From positions 9,610,001 to 9,674,000 of the forward strand of contig NC_043001.1 of assembly GCF_006345805.1 (NCBI RefSeq): a stretch of 64,000 nucleotides of DNA, read 5' to 3'. The position numbers were made by a program, and so were the translations under genes. Shown here piece by piece: positions 52,166 through 64,000 of this stretch (its first letter is position 1; each line of letters opens with the position of its first letter). A model generated the notes under the pieces. It was not told the origin of the DNA and searched no databases. It saw only the letters and a program-made list of their open reading frames with translations. Source of the stretch: Octopus sinensis. Taxonomy: Eukaryota.

Positions 52166-52725
52166 TGTATATGTATGTGTATATACTTGTGTGTGCGTTT
52201 GTCCCCCCCCCCCCAACATCGCTTGACAACCGATGCTGGTGTGTTTACGTCCTCGTAACTTAGCGGTTCAGCAAAAGAGACCGATAGAATAAGTACTAGG
52301 CTAACGAAAAATAAGTCCAGGGGTCGATTTGGTCGACTAGAGGCGGTGCTCCAGCATGGCTGCAGTCAAATAACTGAAACAAGTAAAAGAGTATATATAT
52401 ATATATACACAGGAGTGGCTGTGTGGAAAGTAGCTTGTTTACCAACCACATGGTTCCGGGTTCAGTCCCACCGCGTGGCACCTTGGGCAAGTGTCTTCTA
52501 CTATAGCCTCGGGCCGACCAAAGCCTTGTGAGTGGATTTGGTAGACGGAAACTGAAAGAAGCCCGTCGTATACATGTATATATATATGTGTGTGTATGTA
52601 TATGTTTGTGTGTCTGTGTACTGGGCTTACAAAAGAATAAGTCCCGGGGTCGAGTTGCTCAACTAAAGGCGGTGCTCCAGCATGGCCGCAGTCAAATGAC
52701 TAAAACAAGTAAAAGAGTAAAAAGT
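51965..52725 (+). mobile_element. Two tandem SINE family B copies (51965-52395, 52410-52725)
   Basis: Two heads and two tails; the second copy is internally deleted. Confidence 0.88.
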
Positions 52726-52729
52726 AATA

Positions 52730-52938
52730 CAGTAATCCCTTGACTATCGCGGGTGTTACGTTCCAAAAACCCCCACAGAAATAATTAAAATCTAAAATAT
52801 ATAAATACCGATCGGCTGCAGAAACCCGCGATATACTGAGGAGTCCGTGATACAAATTTACATATATTAGCCAGAAAAAAAAAACCGTGATGTATTGAGT
52901 GCACGATAAGGGAACCGCGATATGGCGAGGGATTAATG
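52730..52938. mobile_element. pogo/Tigger-like MITE with TA TSD
   Basis: TA|CAGTAATCCCTTGACTATCGCGG...CCGCGATATGGCGAGGGATTAATG|TA. Confidence 0.8.
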
Positions 52939-53264
52939 TAACTTTTTACTGATTTCAGTTTGAGAGTGAGGCCATGCTGGAGCACTGCTTTTCAGTGTGA
53001 TTGGTTTTCTTTTCTGTGAGTTGGTCGAAGCTGCTCCTTCCTGTGTCTCTTGCAGCAATGTGCGGTCGTCTGATGTCTCATAATACAATTTGCCCAAAGG
53101 TTCTTTGCCGCGGTTGAATCGGCTTCTTGCTGCCCTGGGGTTTTGGTCTGTCTGATGACCAGAAGCTCGAGAGTAACAAGAAAATGACACGACCAAAACA
53201 AATCATAATAATAATATTAATAATGTATACATATATATGTAAATATAGATGTTTGTATATATAT

Positions 53265-53470
53265 AGTTAATCCAAACATGAAAACACAAAGGGAAAACAC
53301 AACAACGCGAGAACGTGGAACGAGTATAGTATTATTGGATGCTCAGGAAAGAAGGAAAGAAGGAGGGCTTAACGTTTCGAGCGGAGCTCTTCGTCAGAAA
53401 CGTAGGAAAAGGAAAGATCCAAGGAAGGGAAGACGGAGGAAAAAAACGCCAACAGTACACACGTGATGTG
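53265..53470 (-). mobile_element. Family P1 element with intact hammerhead core (53367-53401)
   Basis: Minus strand GTTT-CTGACGA-A-GAGCTCCGCTC-GAAAC-GTT-AAGC. Confidence 0.75.
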
Positions 53471-53932
53471 TGTATGTATGTATGTATACATATTTGTATA
53501 TACATCTACGCACTCACGCACACACACACACATATATATCTACATATAAACATACATACAAACACGTACGCGTGCAAAGATCTACTTACATATATACGTG
53601 TGTGTGTGTGTGTGTGTGTGTGTGTAACACACGGGAAATACATGATAATGAGAGAATATCAGTTGATAAGATTAAGAGATTATTTAATCAGTTGATTCTG
53701 TTTAGGTCCTAGAAGATCTCGTTAAAGTAATAATTAGAAAACTGAAAGTTTTGGGGAGAATTAGCTTATATAAGAAAATGGAAAGGATCAGTATAAAAGC
53801 TTAATATAGGAGAACCTTAGAATATATAACAGGATTAGAAAGTATATGAAGAGTGTAACGCTAGGGTGTAGAAGATGAAGACGACAATATTCGTAAAATT
53901 TTGGTCATAACAGAACCTTGTTAGGTATTATA

Positions 53933-54518
53933 TTGGGTTGTCCGGAAAGTCCCTGCCGATTTTTAAAGGAAAGAAAAAGGTCAATAAATACTTGCCATTA
54001 CATTTTTAATCAACCAAATATGAACCATTTTGTTGCACAATGAACCTCCATCTTTCCTTTAACTTGAAAATACCCTCTTCCCAGAATTAAGGTGGTTTCA
54101 TGGCAAAGAATTCATCAAGGTATCTTTTTACGTCATCCAAGGAATTGAAATTTTTACCATTAAGACTATTCTGCAGAGACCTGAATAAGTGGAAATCCGA
54201 AGGAGCAATATCTGGTGAATATGGAGGGTGGGGTAACACATTCCAGCCGAGCTGCAGCAATTTTTGTCTGGTTCCAAAAGCATCAAGTGCCGAAAATGAA
54301 CTTTCTTATCTTCCATTTTAAAGGGTTACAGAACTAACACAAGTTATAGGAACATAAACCTTCTTCCACGAAAAGATAGCTTAAACTGTGCTCTAAATGG
54401 AGGTGTAGTCAAATCCTATTTTATAGACTCAACCATGTTCTAAAATAAGTCGAAAGGTAAGCTGCACGAACTAAAATAAGTCGAAAGGTAATCGGCACGA
54501 ACTTTCCGGACAACCCAA
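53933..54518 (-). mobile_element. Internally deleted mariner transposon (586 bp)
   Basis: 29-bp TIRs TTGGGTTGTCCGGAAAGT..TGCCGATT with TA flanks. MEDKKVHFRHLML is joined to RQKLLQLGWNVLPHPPYSPDIAPSDFHLFRSLQNSL..GSYLVD* (YSPDL-type motif). Confidence 0.95.
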
Positions 54519-55116
54519 TAGAATGCAGAAAATCTGAGAACCAATTTTATAAAGTAAATGGATTTGGTCTTACACGGATAATAATGCGGAATTTTAGATA
54601 AGGTAGAGGTATTGTTTATTAATGTTCACGTATCGTTTTATACTACGTTGTATTAAGTAGGGCGTTACAGTTACTGCTTTTAAATCTGTAGTGAGCTAGT
54701 GAGAAAATGTCGGACTAGGAAAGATAGTTATAGTCGTGATGTTTACTACTTTCACGATTCAAATCGAATTTGTGAATCGTATATGCCATGTTCGCAGGAT
54801 TGCGGGATTGTTAGTTGTTATTGATAAATGATTAACGAAGTATTGATCTCGTGGCTCCTTCCTACCATAAAATGGCAATAAAACTTGCGACTAACGGCCA
54901 GTTTGTACAGAAAATAAAATGGGTAATTCTAGAAACATCGAAGATCTTTAAAATATACTGTTCCGGACAACTCATAAGAAAGTATGATAAAGATATAAAT
55001 AGTTCATATCATATGAAATAACGATGGTAATAAGGGAATGTTTGTGTAAATACATACACACACACACACACACACCACACACACACATAAATATACATAT
55101 ATATATATATATTATA

Positions 55117-55161
<45 letters not shown>

Positions 55162-55269
55162 GAGCGCTGAAGCAAGCCCTGTATTACGTTGTTGAGTTTC
55201 CCGTAGAAGATTCGAGAGATGCATCTGTATATTTCTATATTTCGCTCATCAACACAAATATAACTTATA

Positions 55270-55322
<53 letters not shown>

Positions 55323-55714
55323 TGTGTGTGTGTGTGTATGTGTGTGTGTGTGTGTTATTACAAGTCCTTTAAGTAAGTGTGCAAGTCTTTTTATACAATA
55401 TTCACTCATTCAAGTAATCCGCGCTGCCATCTGTGGCTCTCTGAATTTTTCAAAGTTTGTTCAACTTCAAAGTTAATCTCAAGTGTATTGTTTCCGTAGC
55501 CAAGTCTCATTTCGTTGATAAGTCTCGTTTCCGTGGCTAAATTTCGTTTCGGTGACCAAATCCCGTTTCCGTATTGACTCACATGACACTACATGTATGT
55601 CCAACATGCCACTCTTCATCCACGGGTACCTATTATCTTTCCATTCTCTTTATGATACACATGACTTCTGGTATATTTCCGTTTCGAACTGGATAGGAAT
55701 TAATTTTTTCTAAG

Positions 55715-55950
55715 GTGGCGAACTGGCATAATCGTTAAGCACGCTGGGCGAAACGCCTAGCGGTATTTCGTCTGCCGGTTATGTTCTGAGTTCAAATTCC
55801 GCCGAAGTCGACTTTGTTTTTCATCCTTTCGGGATCGATTAAATAAGTACCAGTTATGCACTGGGGTCGATATGATCGACTTAATCCGTTTGTCTGTCCT
55901 TGTTTGTCCCCTCTATGTTTAGCCCCTTGTGGGCAATAAAAAAATAAGGA
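55715..55950 (+). mobile_element. SINE family A (A1), full length
   Basis: Head to AATAAAAAAATAAG. Confidence 0.9.
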
Positions 55951-56133
55951 ATAAGGTTTTTCTAACTTATGATTTTGGGGTATAGATTAGTTTTCACATT
56001 TTTCTGTCATTATTTGGAACCGTTTCAGGTCATATACAGAACAGCTACACTTGTAGAACCGAGATGCGCAGGGTATAAATTCTTGGTGCATTTGTAAAAG
56101 TCGGTGGCATTTGTTAAAGAGAAGTAATAAAGT

Positions 56134-57560
56134 GATAAATCATTCTCCCAAAATCCTCATTTAAAGGTAAACACATTCATACAGGAAGGAAACTTTATCA
56201 AGCGAATCTCTATACCTATTTCTTTACTACCCACAAGGGGCTAAACACAGAGAGGACAAACAAGGACAGATGAAAGGATTAAGTCGATTATGTTGACCCC
56301 AGTGCGTAACTGGTACTTATTTAATCGACCCCAAAAGGATGAAAGGCTAAGTCGACCTCGGCGGAATTTGAACTCAGAACGTAACGGAAGACAAAATACC
56401 GCTAAGCATTTCGCCCGGCGTGCTAACGATTCTGCCAGCTCGCTGCCCTGAAAGCGAATCTCTATATCGCTGTATTGTGTTGTGGTAAAGCGTTTTCTGA
56501 AATACTCACTTAAATATAAACGCATTTATAAAGGAAAGAGACAATGTCTTTGTATGATATCCGTGGCCTATAATTTTCTGCAATTGCTCCCAAGTAATTC
56601 ACCCACAAAAGCATTCAGACAAGAGACAAAAATATAAAACTACGCTTCTCTATTATAAATCATTGTCTTGAAATGATCGCTCATTTATTCACAAAAGCAT
56701 TCGTGTTTGAGAGAAACCATATCGCTGCCATATAGTAATTAATTTTCTCAATTTCGTCACCATCTGAACAATTTTAAATTGTATAAGTTTTCTTATCTCT
56801 TTCAAGCTTTATTTAATTCCATAATATAAGCTTTATTTAACCTCATAATTGTCGGCTTGACTCAAATAGCACAACAATTCTCTCCAACTTGCCACGCTTT
56901 CACTGAACAGAAAGTGTTGTTTCTCTCGCTTCTTGTGTCAAACTCATTCAGATTTGGCTTGGGTAAGTTTTAAAACTTATCGCTTGATTTAGACTCAGCT
57001 GCACTTATAGAAGCCAAATACACTTAAAAAAATCCAGCAGCAGATATTGTAAAAGCCAGTTGCACTTGTAAAAGACGAGCGGTTATCGCAAAAGCAAGTT
57101 GTACTTATTGTGAAAGTCAGGTGTATTTGTTGAGGAAAAGCCATATCACAGAGGCTGCTTTCGCTTAGCTCCAAGCTGAATCTGATCGAAATGAATTATG
57201 ATTAAAGACAATCCAATATCAACCATCTCGTCTTTTTTCTCGAGTACAAGTAGCTTAGGACCACATAATCCACACCGCCTAAATCTCTCTAAAATTACGA
57301 TCTAGATTTGGCTACTATTTCCAGCATTATGAACGATTACCTAGAGGCTTTCTCATTGGCTCGTCGTATCGCTGTTGCACCGTGGTAAATCATTCTCTCA
57401 AATCTTCAATTGAATACAAATGCATTCATACAAGAGAGAAACCATATCACTGTGATATCTGAGGCAAATCATTCTCTCGAATTAATCACTAATATACTCA
57501 CAGAACCATTCATACAATAGAGAAGCCACATCCCTGTGATATCTGGAGTAAATTGCTATC
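56134..57560 (+). pseudogene. Decayed C2H2 zinc-finger array
   Basis: 57421-57561 reads [42 protein letters not shown] (84-nt period). Further remnants are DKSFSQNPHLKV..IHTG (56134), CGKAFS (56481), HKSIQTRDK and HKSIRV*EKPYRC. Confidence 0.8.
56215..56451 (-). mobile_element. SINE family A (A1), full length, 15-bp TSD, inserted in the zinc-finger relic
   Basis: AAGCGAATCTCTATA at 56200-56214 and 56452-56466. Confidence 0.93.
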
Positions 57561-58989
57561 TAAATCTCGTTAGCATTATTATCACCAGTCCGTTAAATAA
57601 TTGTTCAGATCCTTTATTGCAATTTCTTTGTACAGTTGGCAGCCAAATAATCGTGTCACCGTACGAGACCGTTTAACCCTCTCATATAGCGTTCAGTTCC
57701 ACTGCTATGCTCCCAAGTGCGTCAACCGTGACTATCACTTGTTATTTCTTTGCGCCTGAAGCCGCCGTTAATGTTCTGTGAAACTGTTGCAGGTGAACAC
57801 CCACAGAAAAGAGTGAGCAGAAAGGAGATTCCAGAATACCGAGATTATGAGGAAGAAAGATTAAACATAGCGATTAAGTACAGCGGGGATGGATGCAACA
57901 AGGGGAGAAGGGGAAGAGACAAGTGGATGGAGGATGCCTGGGTGATGGAGGTACGAGATTCAAGGAAATGAGGCTAATATAATTGCAATAGAAAAGAGGA
58001 AACACCACACATGTGGGCAAGAGGCTAGAATATATCTTTTAGTGATGGTATGGCCAATCAACCAAGCTGCAATTCCGTAGATGCGACCCTAGATGTCAGT
58101 GTACGTTGCAACTATACCATCTCAGGTGTGGATGTTGTACTCCATTGGGGACCTCATTTGAGCCTTCTGGGGTATCAGTAACTGTTTGAAGCTGAAATAT
58201 CTTATTTGCCCTAAAGCCCTAAAGAGAGGGACATGTCTTTGGGATGCTATCGAAACTATGCTAAGGATGTACTTTCGCCAGGAGCCAATTGATGAAAGGC
58301 AAAGTCGACCTCGGCGGAATTTGAACTCAGAACGTAGCGGCAGGCGAAATACCGCAAAGCATTTCGCCCGGCGTGCTAACGATTCTACCAGTACACCTGA
58401 GATAATTGTCCGTGCTGATAGAAGACAGAATCCGTAGAAAGAATGAGAACATTTTTATGACAAAACCGATAGACAGAGTTTTGCGTAGTATTTGATGTTC
58501 TGTTTGGGAGCAACTTTTTATAACATTTAATCAAGCTTCCAGAACTTTCGGCAGAACTACAGGTCGAGAAAATTCACAAAACTCATTTAGTTACGCACCG
58601 TCCAATCTGATTGGTCGAACCGTGTTCACGTAACTGTTAATGCTTTTTATAGCAACAGGGTTAATTCCTCGTAACTGATTTTGCAATATTGTAACGTTGC
58701 GGTTCAAAAGTGGGAGATTCAAGCAAGATGCTTTAAGGCTGGGATTATTAAAGAATATTTCTTCAATGTGGGGGTTAATATAACGATTGTCACTTTGTCA
58801 CTCTCAGATTTACTGATCACATGACTATGCGTGCGCAACTCTCCTGGTTAGCACAAAGCCTTTCACCTGGTTTTTTTTGTTATGGTAAAGCTGTGCAACT
58901 TCGGAGGGTGTGGCGGAGTTTAACCTTGAGCACCAGTCATGAAATACCTTGTGTGAAGTTCATTTGCAACTCGCGTTATATGACGCTTC

Positions 58990-59200
58990 TTGTATGTATG
59001 TATGTATGTATGTATGTATGTATGTATGTATGTATGTATGTATGTATATGTATGTATGTATGTATTATGTCTTATGTATGTATGTTTTATGTATGTATTA
59101 TGTATGTATGCATGTATGTATGCATATATTATGTATGTATGTTTTATGTATGTATTATGTATGAATTACGTATATATTATGTATGCATATTTGTATGCAT
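58990..59200. repeat. (TATG)n microsatellite, degenerate
   Basis: Direct reading. Confidence 0.9.
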
Positions 59201-60100
59201 GCATTGATGGATGGATTATGCTTCCACGTATAGCACAAAGTAAAAGTTACACACTTCCCCTACTAGAGTACATACATTACGAAAGTGGTTTTCTTTAACT
59301 ACAAAACCAAGTTCGGTGAGGACAGCACATTAATCAAGACCTCTCTGCAATGCTAAATAGACATTCACTGCTGTAAGACAGTACAGCGTAGACTTCCGGT
59401 TAGTACTGTTATTTGTTTCCACCGCATATCCGATCTCCGTCTCTTTGTTTAAATTATCGGTATATTTGGTTATATATAGAATTTCTCTGCAATGCAACGT
59501 TGGCATTGCCTCGCTTCGTTTAAGCTCAGACTTCTGTTTTCATGACACAATATAATAACAGAAAAAAAGAATAACTTAATCGATGCCCTGGTAAAACTTC
59601 ATACATAGATATCCTGTATATGCTGCTGTTCTACTTGAATAGGTGTTTCTCGTCGGTTCTGCGTTAATGATGAGAAATAACCCCATGAAAACAAAATATG
59701 ATGATTTATCTTTACTTTTTTTATTTTACTTTTTTCGATCGTCAGACAGCGGCCATGCTGGGGCACTGCCTTGAAGAGTTTCAGTCGCACGAATCGACAC
59801 CAGTACTTATTATTGTTATATTTTTTTTAAGCTTGGTGCTTGTTCTATCGGTGTTTTTCCGAACCACAATGTTACGGTGACGTAAACACACCAACACTGG
59901 ACACGTCAAGTAGTCGTGGTGTATTTATGACAGACCACGACTGCTTGACAACAGACACATAAATACACACACACACACACACACACACGTATGTATATGT
60001 CTATATATATATAGATATATACATATTTATATATATGTGTGTGTATGTATGTATATATATATATATATATTTAATTATGTGTATATATATATATATTAAT

Positions 60101-60173
<73 letters not shown>

Positions 60174-60495
60174 GTATATATATGTCCTTACCTTCGTAAC
60201 GCGGAGTAGACGAAACAGGGACAACTGAAGAAGGGGAATATTCCTTGTGTTGTATGTCTTGTACTCTGTTTTTTCGTTATTTGAAAATAAGTTCGTTTCC
60301 ATGTTATTGTTTTTATGCTTTCGTTTCTCATTGTGTTCAACATTATTTTTTGGTGTCCTGTACCCACATATGCATGTATATATACATATAGATGTAGGTA
60401 TGTACATATATGTATGTATATATGCATATGTTTATATATTATTTATGTTATTATATGATCGAACGCCACGCATACATTTCCAAGTAAGTTTTATG

Positions 60496-60527
<32 letters not shown>

Positions 60528-60534
60528 GGTAGAC

Positions 60535-60642
<108 letters not shown>

Positions 60643-60670
60643 GCTCTCACATTTGTGTGTGTATATATAT

Positions 60671-60708
<38 letters not shown>

Positions 60709-60719
60709 TGATTCGTTAG

Positions 60720-60915
60720 TTACTGCACGCATTTTTTTTCTCTCCTTCTTTCTGTTTTTTTTCTCTCTGTGTATCTTTCTGTTGAAGAGCGTAGGCTCGA
60801 AACGTTAAAGACTTGTTTTATTTATATTTCCTGAGCGCCATACTAATACAATTGTTTGTTTGTTTTCCACCTGCCTTCGTCTTTTGTCTATTTTCATAAA
60901 GCTTCCCGTTATATA
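60720..60915 (+). mobile_element. Penelope-type element (family P3) with mutated hammerhead core at 60774-60811
   Basis: TCTTT-CTGTTGA-A-GAGC(GTAG)GCTC-GAAAC-GTT-AAAGA. Stems I and II are perfect, but the core has A to U. Shares TTTCCTGAGCG.CA.TA with P1. Confidence 0.65.
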
Positions 60916-60921
60916 TATATA

Positions 60922-61679
60922 CTAGCAGTATCGCCCGGCGTTGCTCAGGTTTGTAAGGGAAATAACTATAAAGCATTTTTAGAGAGTTATAGCCAAAAAA
61001 TAGCAAAAAAATGGAAAAAAATGATGGTAAATTTTTTTTGAGAGTTAAAAAAGGTGGAGTTGCGTACCCTAGACGGTCTGTGGTTTGTGTTTCTGATTCT
61101 CGACCCCATGTCGAATTTATCGATTTTTTTCAGAACTGGGGGAACTTTTCAAAATTTTCGCTGCGTTAGTTTTGAATTATGACATTGGGCTATGTGTGTG
61201 TCAAGTTTCATCAGAATCGGTTGAAAGCCGTGGTCAGAGTGAGGGTACGAGAAAACAGACACACAGAAACACGCACAGACAAACTGCCGGTTATATAGAG
61301 ACTAGCAGTATCGCCCGGCGTTGCTCAGGTTTGTAAGGGAAATAACTATAAAGCATTTTTAGAGAGTTATAGCCAAAAAATAGCAAAAAAATGGAAAAAA
61401 ATGATGGTAAATTTTTTTTGAGATTAAAAAAGGTGGAGTTGCGTCCCTAGACAGTTTGTGGTTTGTGTTTCTCATTGTCGACCCCATGTCGAATTTATCG
61501 ATTTTTTTCAGAACTGGGGGAACTTTTCAAAATTTTCGCTGCGTTAGTTTTGAATTATGACATTGGGCTATGTGTATGTTAAGTTTCATCAGAATCGGTT
61601 GAAAGCCGTGGTCAGGGTGAGGGTACAAGCAAACAGACACACAGAAACACGCACAGACAAACTGCCGTTTATATAGAGA
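60922..61679 (-). mobile_element. Head-to-tail dimer of a ~380-bp non-autonomous Helitron
   Basis: Units 61302-61679 and 60922-61301. Minus strand A|TCTCTATATAAAC...CTAG|TCTCTATATAACC...CTAG|T. Confidence 0.92.
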
Positions 61680-61793
61680 TATATATATATATATATATAA
61701 GTTCAGCAAAATTTAGATTCAAATGAATATGGTGCTTAATTTAGATGCACCAGAATTCTGTATGGTGTTATCCATATAAATCCATGGGGTGAT

Positions 61794-61893
61794 TATAATC
61801 AAAATAAGCAACAAGAATAACTTCGGTAATTTGGAAGTTATTCCAAAGTTATTCCAATAACCGAAGTTATTCTTGCTGCTTATTTTGATTATA
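61794..61893. repeat. ~100-bp inverted repeat (mini foldback)
   Basis: TATAATCAAAATAAGCAACAAGAATAACTTCGG...CCGAAGTTATTCTTGCTGCTTATTTTGATTATA. Confidence 0.75.
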
Positions 61894-62377
61894 TAAACAT
61901 ATAAATATATATGCGACCGGCTTCTTTCAGTTTCTGTCTAATAAATCCATCAGCCCGAGGCAAAAGTAAAAGACACTTGCTGAAGGAGTTACGTAGTGGG
62001 ACAGAACCCGGAACCATGTGATTGTGAAGCAAGCTTCTTACCGAACAGCCACGCTTGCTAATATTTTCAACATTAAGCAGTCATTATAACTACAGGTTTG
62101 AGACAGAAAAGAGAAACATGTTCTCTGACGGAAACCATTCCATTGGTAGACATGATGTTTGATATTCTCTCTTGGCATTGAGAATATTAATAATTATATC
62201 ATTCATCATTGTCGATAATATCATAGGTTATCATATTTCACATATGAGCGTTTTGAATTCATTTCTATTTGGTACCAAACCGAAATAAATATTAGAATTG
62301 ATACGATAGATTTGAATCTTGCCAAGTGACCTCTTCCCACTCACCGGAACGACAAAAGTGCAATCACGGAACCTATG

Positions 62378-62765
62378 GCTGTGTGATAGGAAACTTGCTT
62401 CCCAACCACATGGTTCTGGGTTCAGTCCCACTGCGCGGCACCTTGGACAATTGTGTTCTGCTATAGCCACGGGCCGACCAAGCCTTATGAGTGAAATTGG
62501 TAGACGGAAACTGAAAGAAGCCCATTGTGTATATGTGTGTATGTGTGTATTCATGTGTCTGTATTTGTCTCACCACCACCATCGCCTGACAACCGATGCT
62601 GGTGTGTTTATGTCACTGTAACAGCGGTTCGGCAAAAGAAACCGATAGAGTAAGTACTAAGCTTAAAAAGAGCAAGTCCTGGGATCGATTTCTTCGACTA
62701 AAAACCCTTTAAGGCGGTGCTTCAATATGGCCGCAGCCAAATGACTGAAACAAGTGAAAGAATAG
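62378..62765 (+). mobile_element. SINE family B
   Basis: TGGCTGTGTGATAGG..GGTTCAGTCCCACTGCGCGGCACC to the ACTGAAACAAGTGAAAG tail. Confidence 0.85.
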
Positions 62766-62817
62766 AAGAATAGATAGACAGATAGATAGATATGGATTGA
62801 TTGATAGATAGGCAGAC

Positions 62818-62896
<79 letters not shown>

Positions 62897-63544
62897 TTTC
62901 TTTATTGGCCTTACAGGGCTGGACATAGAGGGGACAATTACAAATGTAGAGCTTTTCTTTTCGGAGGTGGAAAGATAGACAGACAGACAGAAAGACAGAT
63001 AGATACATACATACATATTTATATACATATATAAACATTATTATTTCTAAATCTCTCAAAGAGAGACATTCAGTAACAGTTCTTCAAAGTAAAGGTTATT
63101 TGCCAACATAATATGGCTGTCCTGGATGGGACGAATGTTACTGTTGTTTAGCCCCAAGAAACATCGTTTCCAGCTGACTATATGACACACTATCTGTGCC
63201 CTTATATTTTCGAACAGAGAATTCAGCATCCCCAACTAGCACAAAACAATATCTGTGGACTTGTTTCAAGGTTAAATCGATCATATCAACCTGTTCGAAA
63301 ATATAAGGACGCAGATAGTATGTCGTCTAGCCAGCTGGGAACGATGTTTCTTGGGGACTAAAGAACAGTGACAAAGTCCCTTCCAGCCCGAAGCTATAGA
63401 AGCAAACACTTGCCTAAGGTAAGGTGCCACGCAGTGGGACTGAATTCGGAACCATGTGTACATTGTAGGATAGTGCCCCAGCATTGGCGCAGGCAATAAA
63501 TGACTAAAACCAGAAACCGAAACACACACACATAATAATTGTAC

Positions 63545-64000
63545 ATTCTTTTCTACTCTAGGTACAAGGTCTGAAATTTTGGGGGAGGGGGCCAGTGGAT
63601 TAAATCGATCCCAGTACGCAACTGGTACCTAATTTATCGACCTCGAAAGGATGAAAGCAAAGTCGGAATTTGAACTCAGAACGTTAAGACGGACGAAATA
63701 CCGCTAAGCATTTCGCCAAGCGTGCTAGCACAAGGCCCTATATTTTTGGAGAGAGAGCATGTCGATTAGATCGACCCCAGTACGTAACTAGTACTTAATT
63801 TATCGATCCTGAAAGGATGAAAGGCAAAGTTGACGTCGGTGGAATTTGAGTTCAGAACCTAAAGACAGACGAAATACCTATTTCTTTACTACCCACAAGG
63901 GGATAAACACAGAGAAGAAAAACAAGAACAGACAAACGGATTAAGTCGATTCTATCGACCACCCCAAAAGGATGAAAGGCAAAGTCGACCCCGGCGGAAT
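63545..64000 (-). mobile_element. Cluster of nested SINE family A copies running off the window
   Basis: Three bodies; tail-to-head junction at 63877/63878. Confidence 0.85.

Noticed and set aside
57750-58290. Purine-rich ORF (57750-57971) and adjacent unique sequence
   Set aside because: No motif I can assign to a gene or TE family.

Overview
AT-rich, repeat-saturated eukaryotic DNA, most likely an octopus (inference from the tRNA-derived SINE families, the extreme microsatellite load and a decayed [16 protein letters not shown]-type C2H2 array). I see no intact host gene, rRNA, tRNA gene or CRISPR array, and almost all listed ORFs are microsatellite translations. The window contains: dozens of SINE copies from at least four families; relics of RTE, Tx1/L1, CR1 and R4/Dong LINEs; non-autonomous Helitrons, including an exact head-to-tail dimer; a deleted mariner and several MITEs; short Penelope-type elements carrying minimal hammerhead ribozymes; a 4.9-kb, ~77-bp-unit satellite with higher-order structure; a C2H2 zinc-finger relic; and a 100-N gap. 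The best candidates for something undescribed are: (i) a TAA-targeted, fixed-end ~560-bp non-coding element paired with fixed-end Dong 3' stubs; (ii) fixed-length ~205-bp hammerhead elements; (iii) the satellite, whose monomer carries CSL, N-box and NF-Y motifs; (iv) a Helitron carrying an unknown 153-aa ORF. Family names come from my recall of motifs, not from database searches. SINE and LINE boundaries are approximate (about +/-20 bp) unless a TSD or terminus is quoted.
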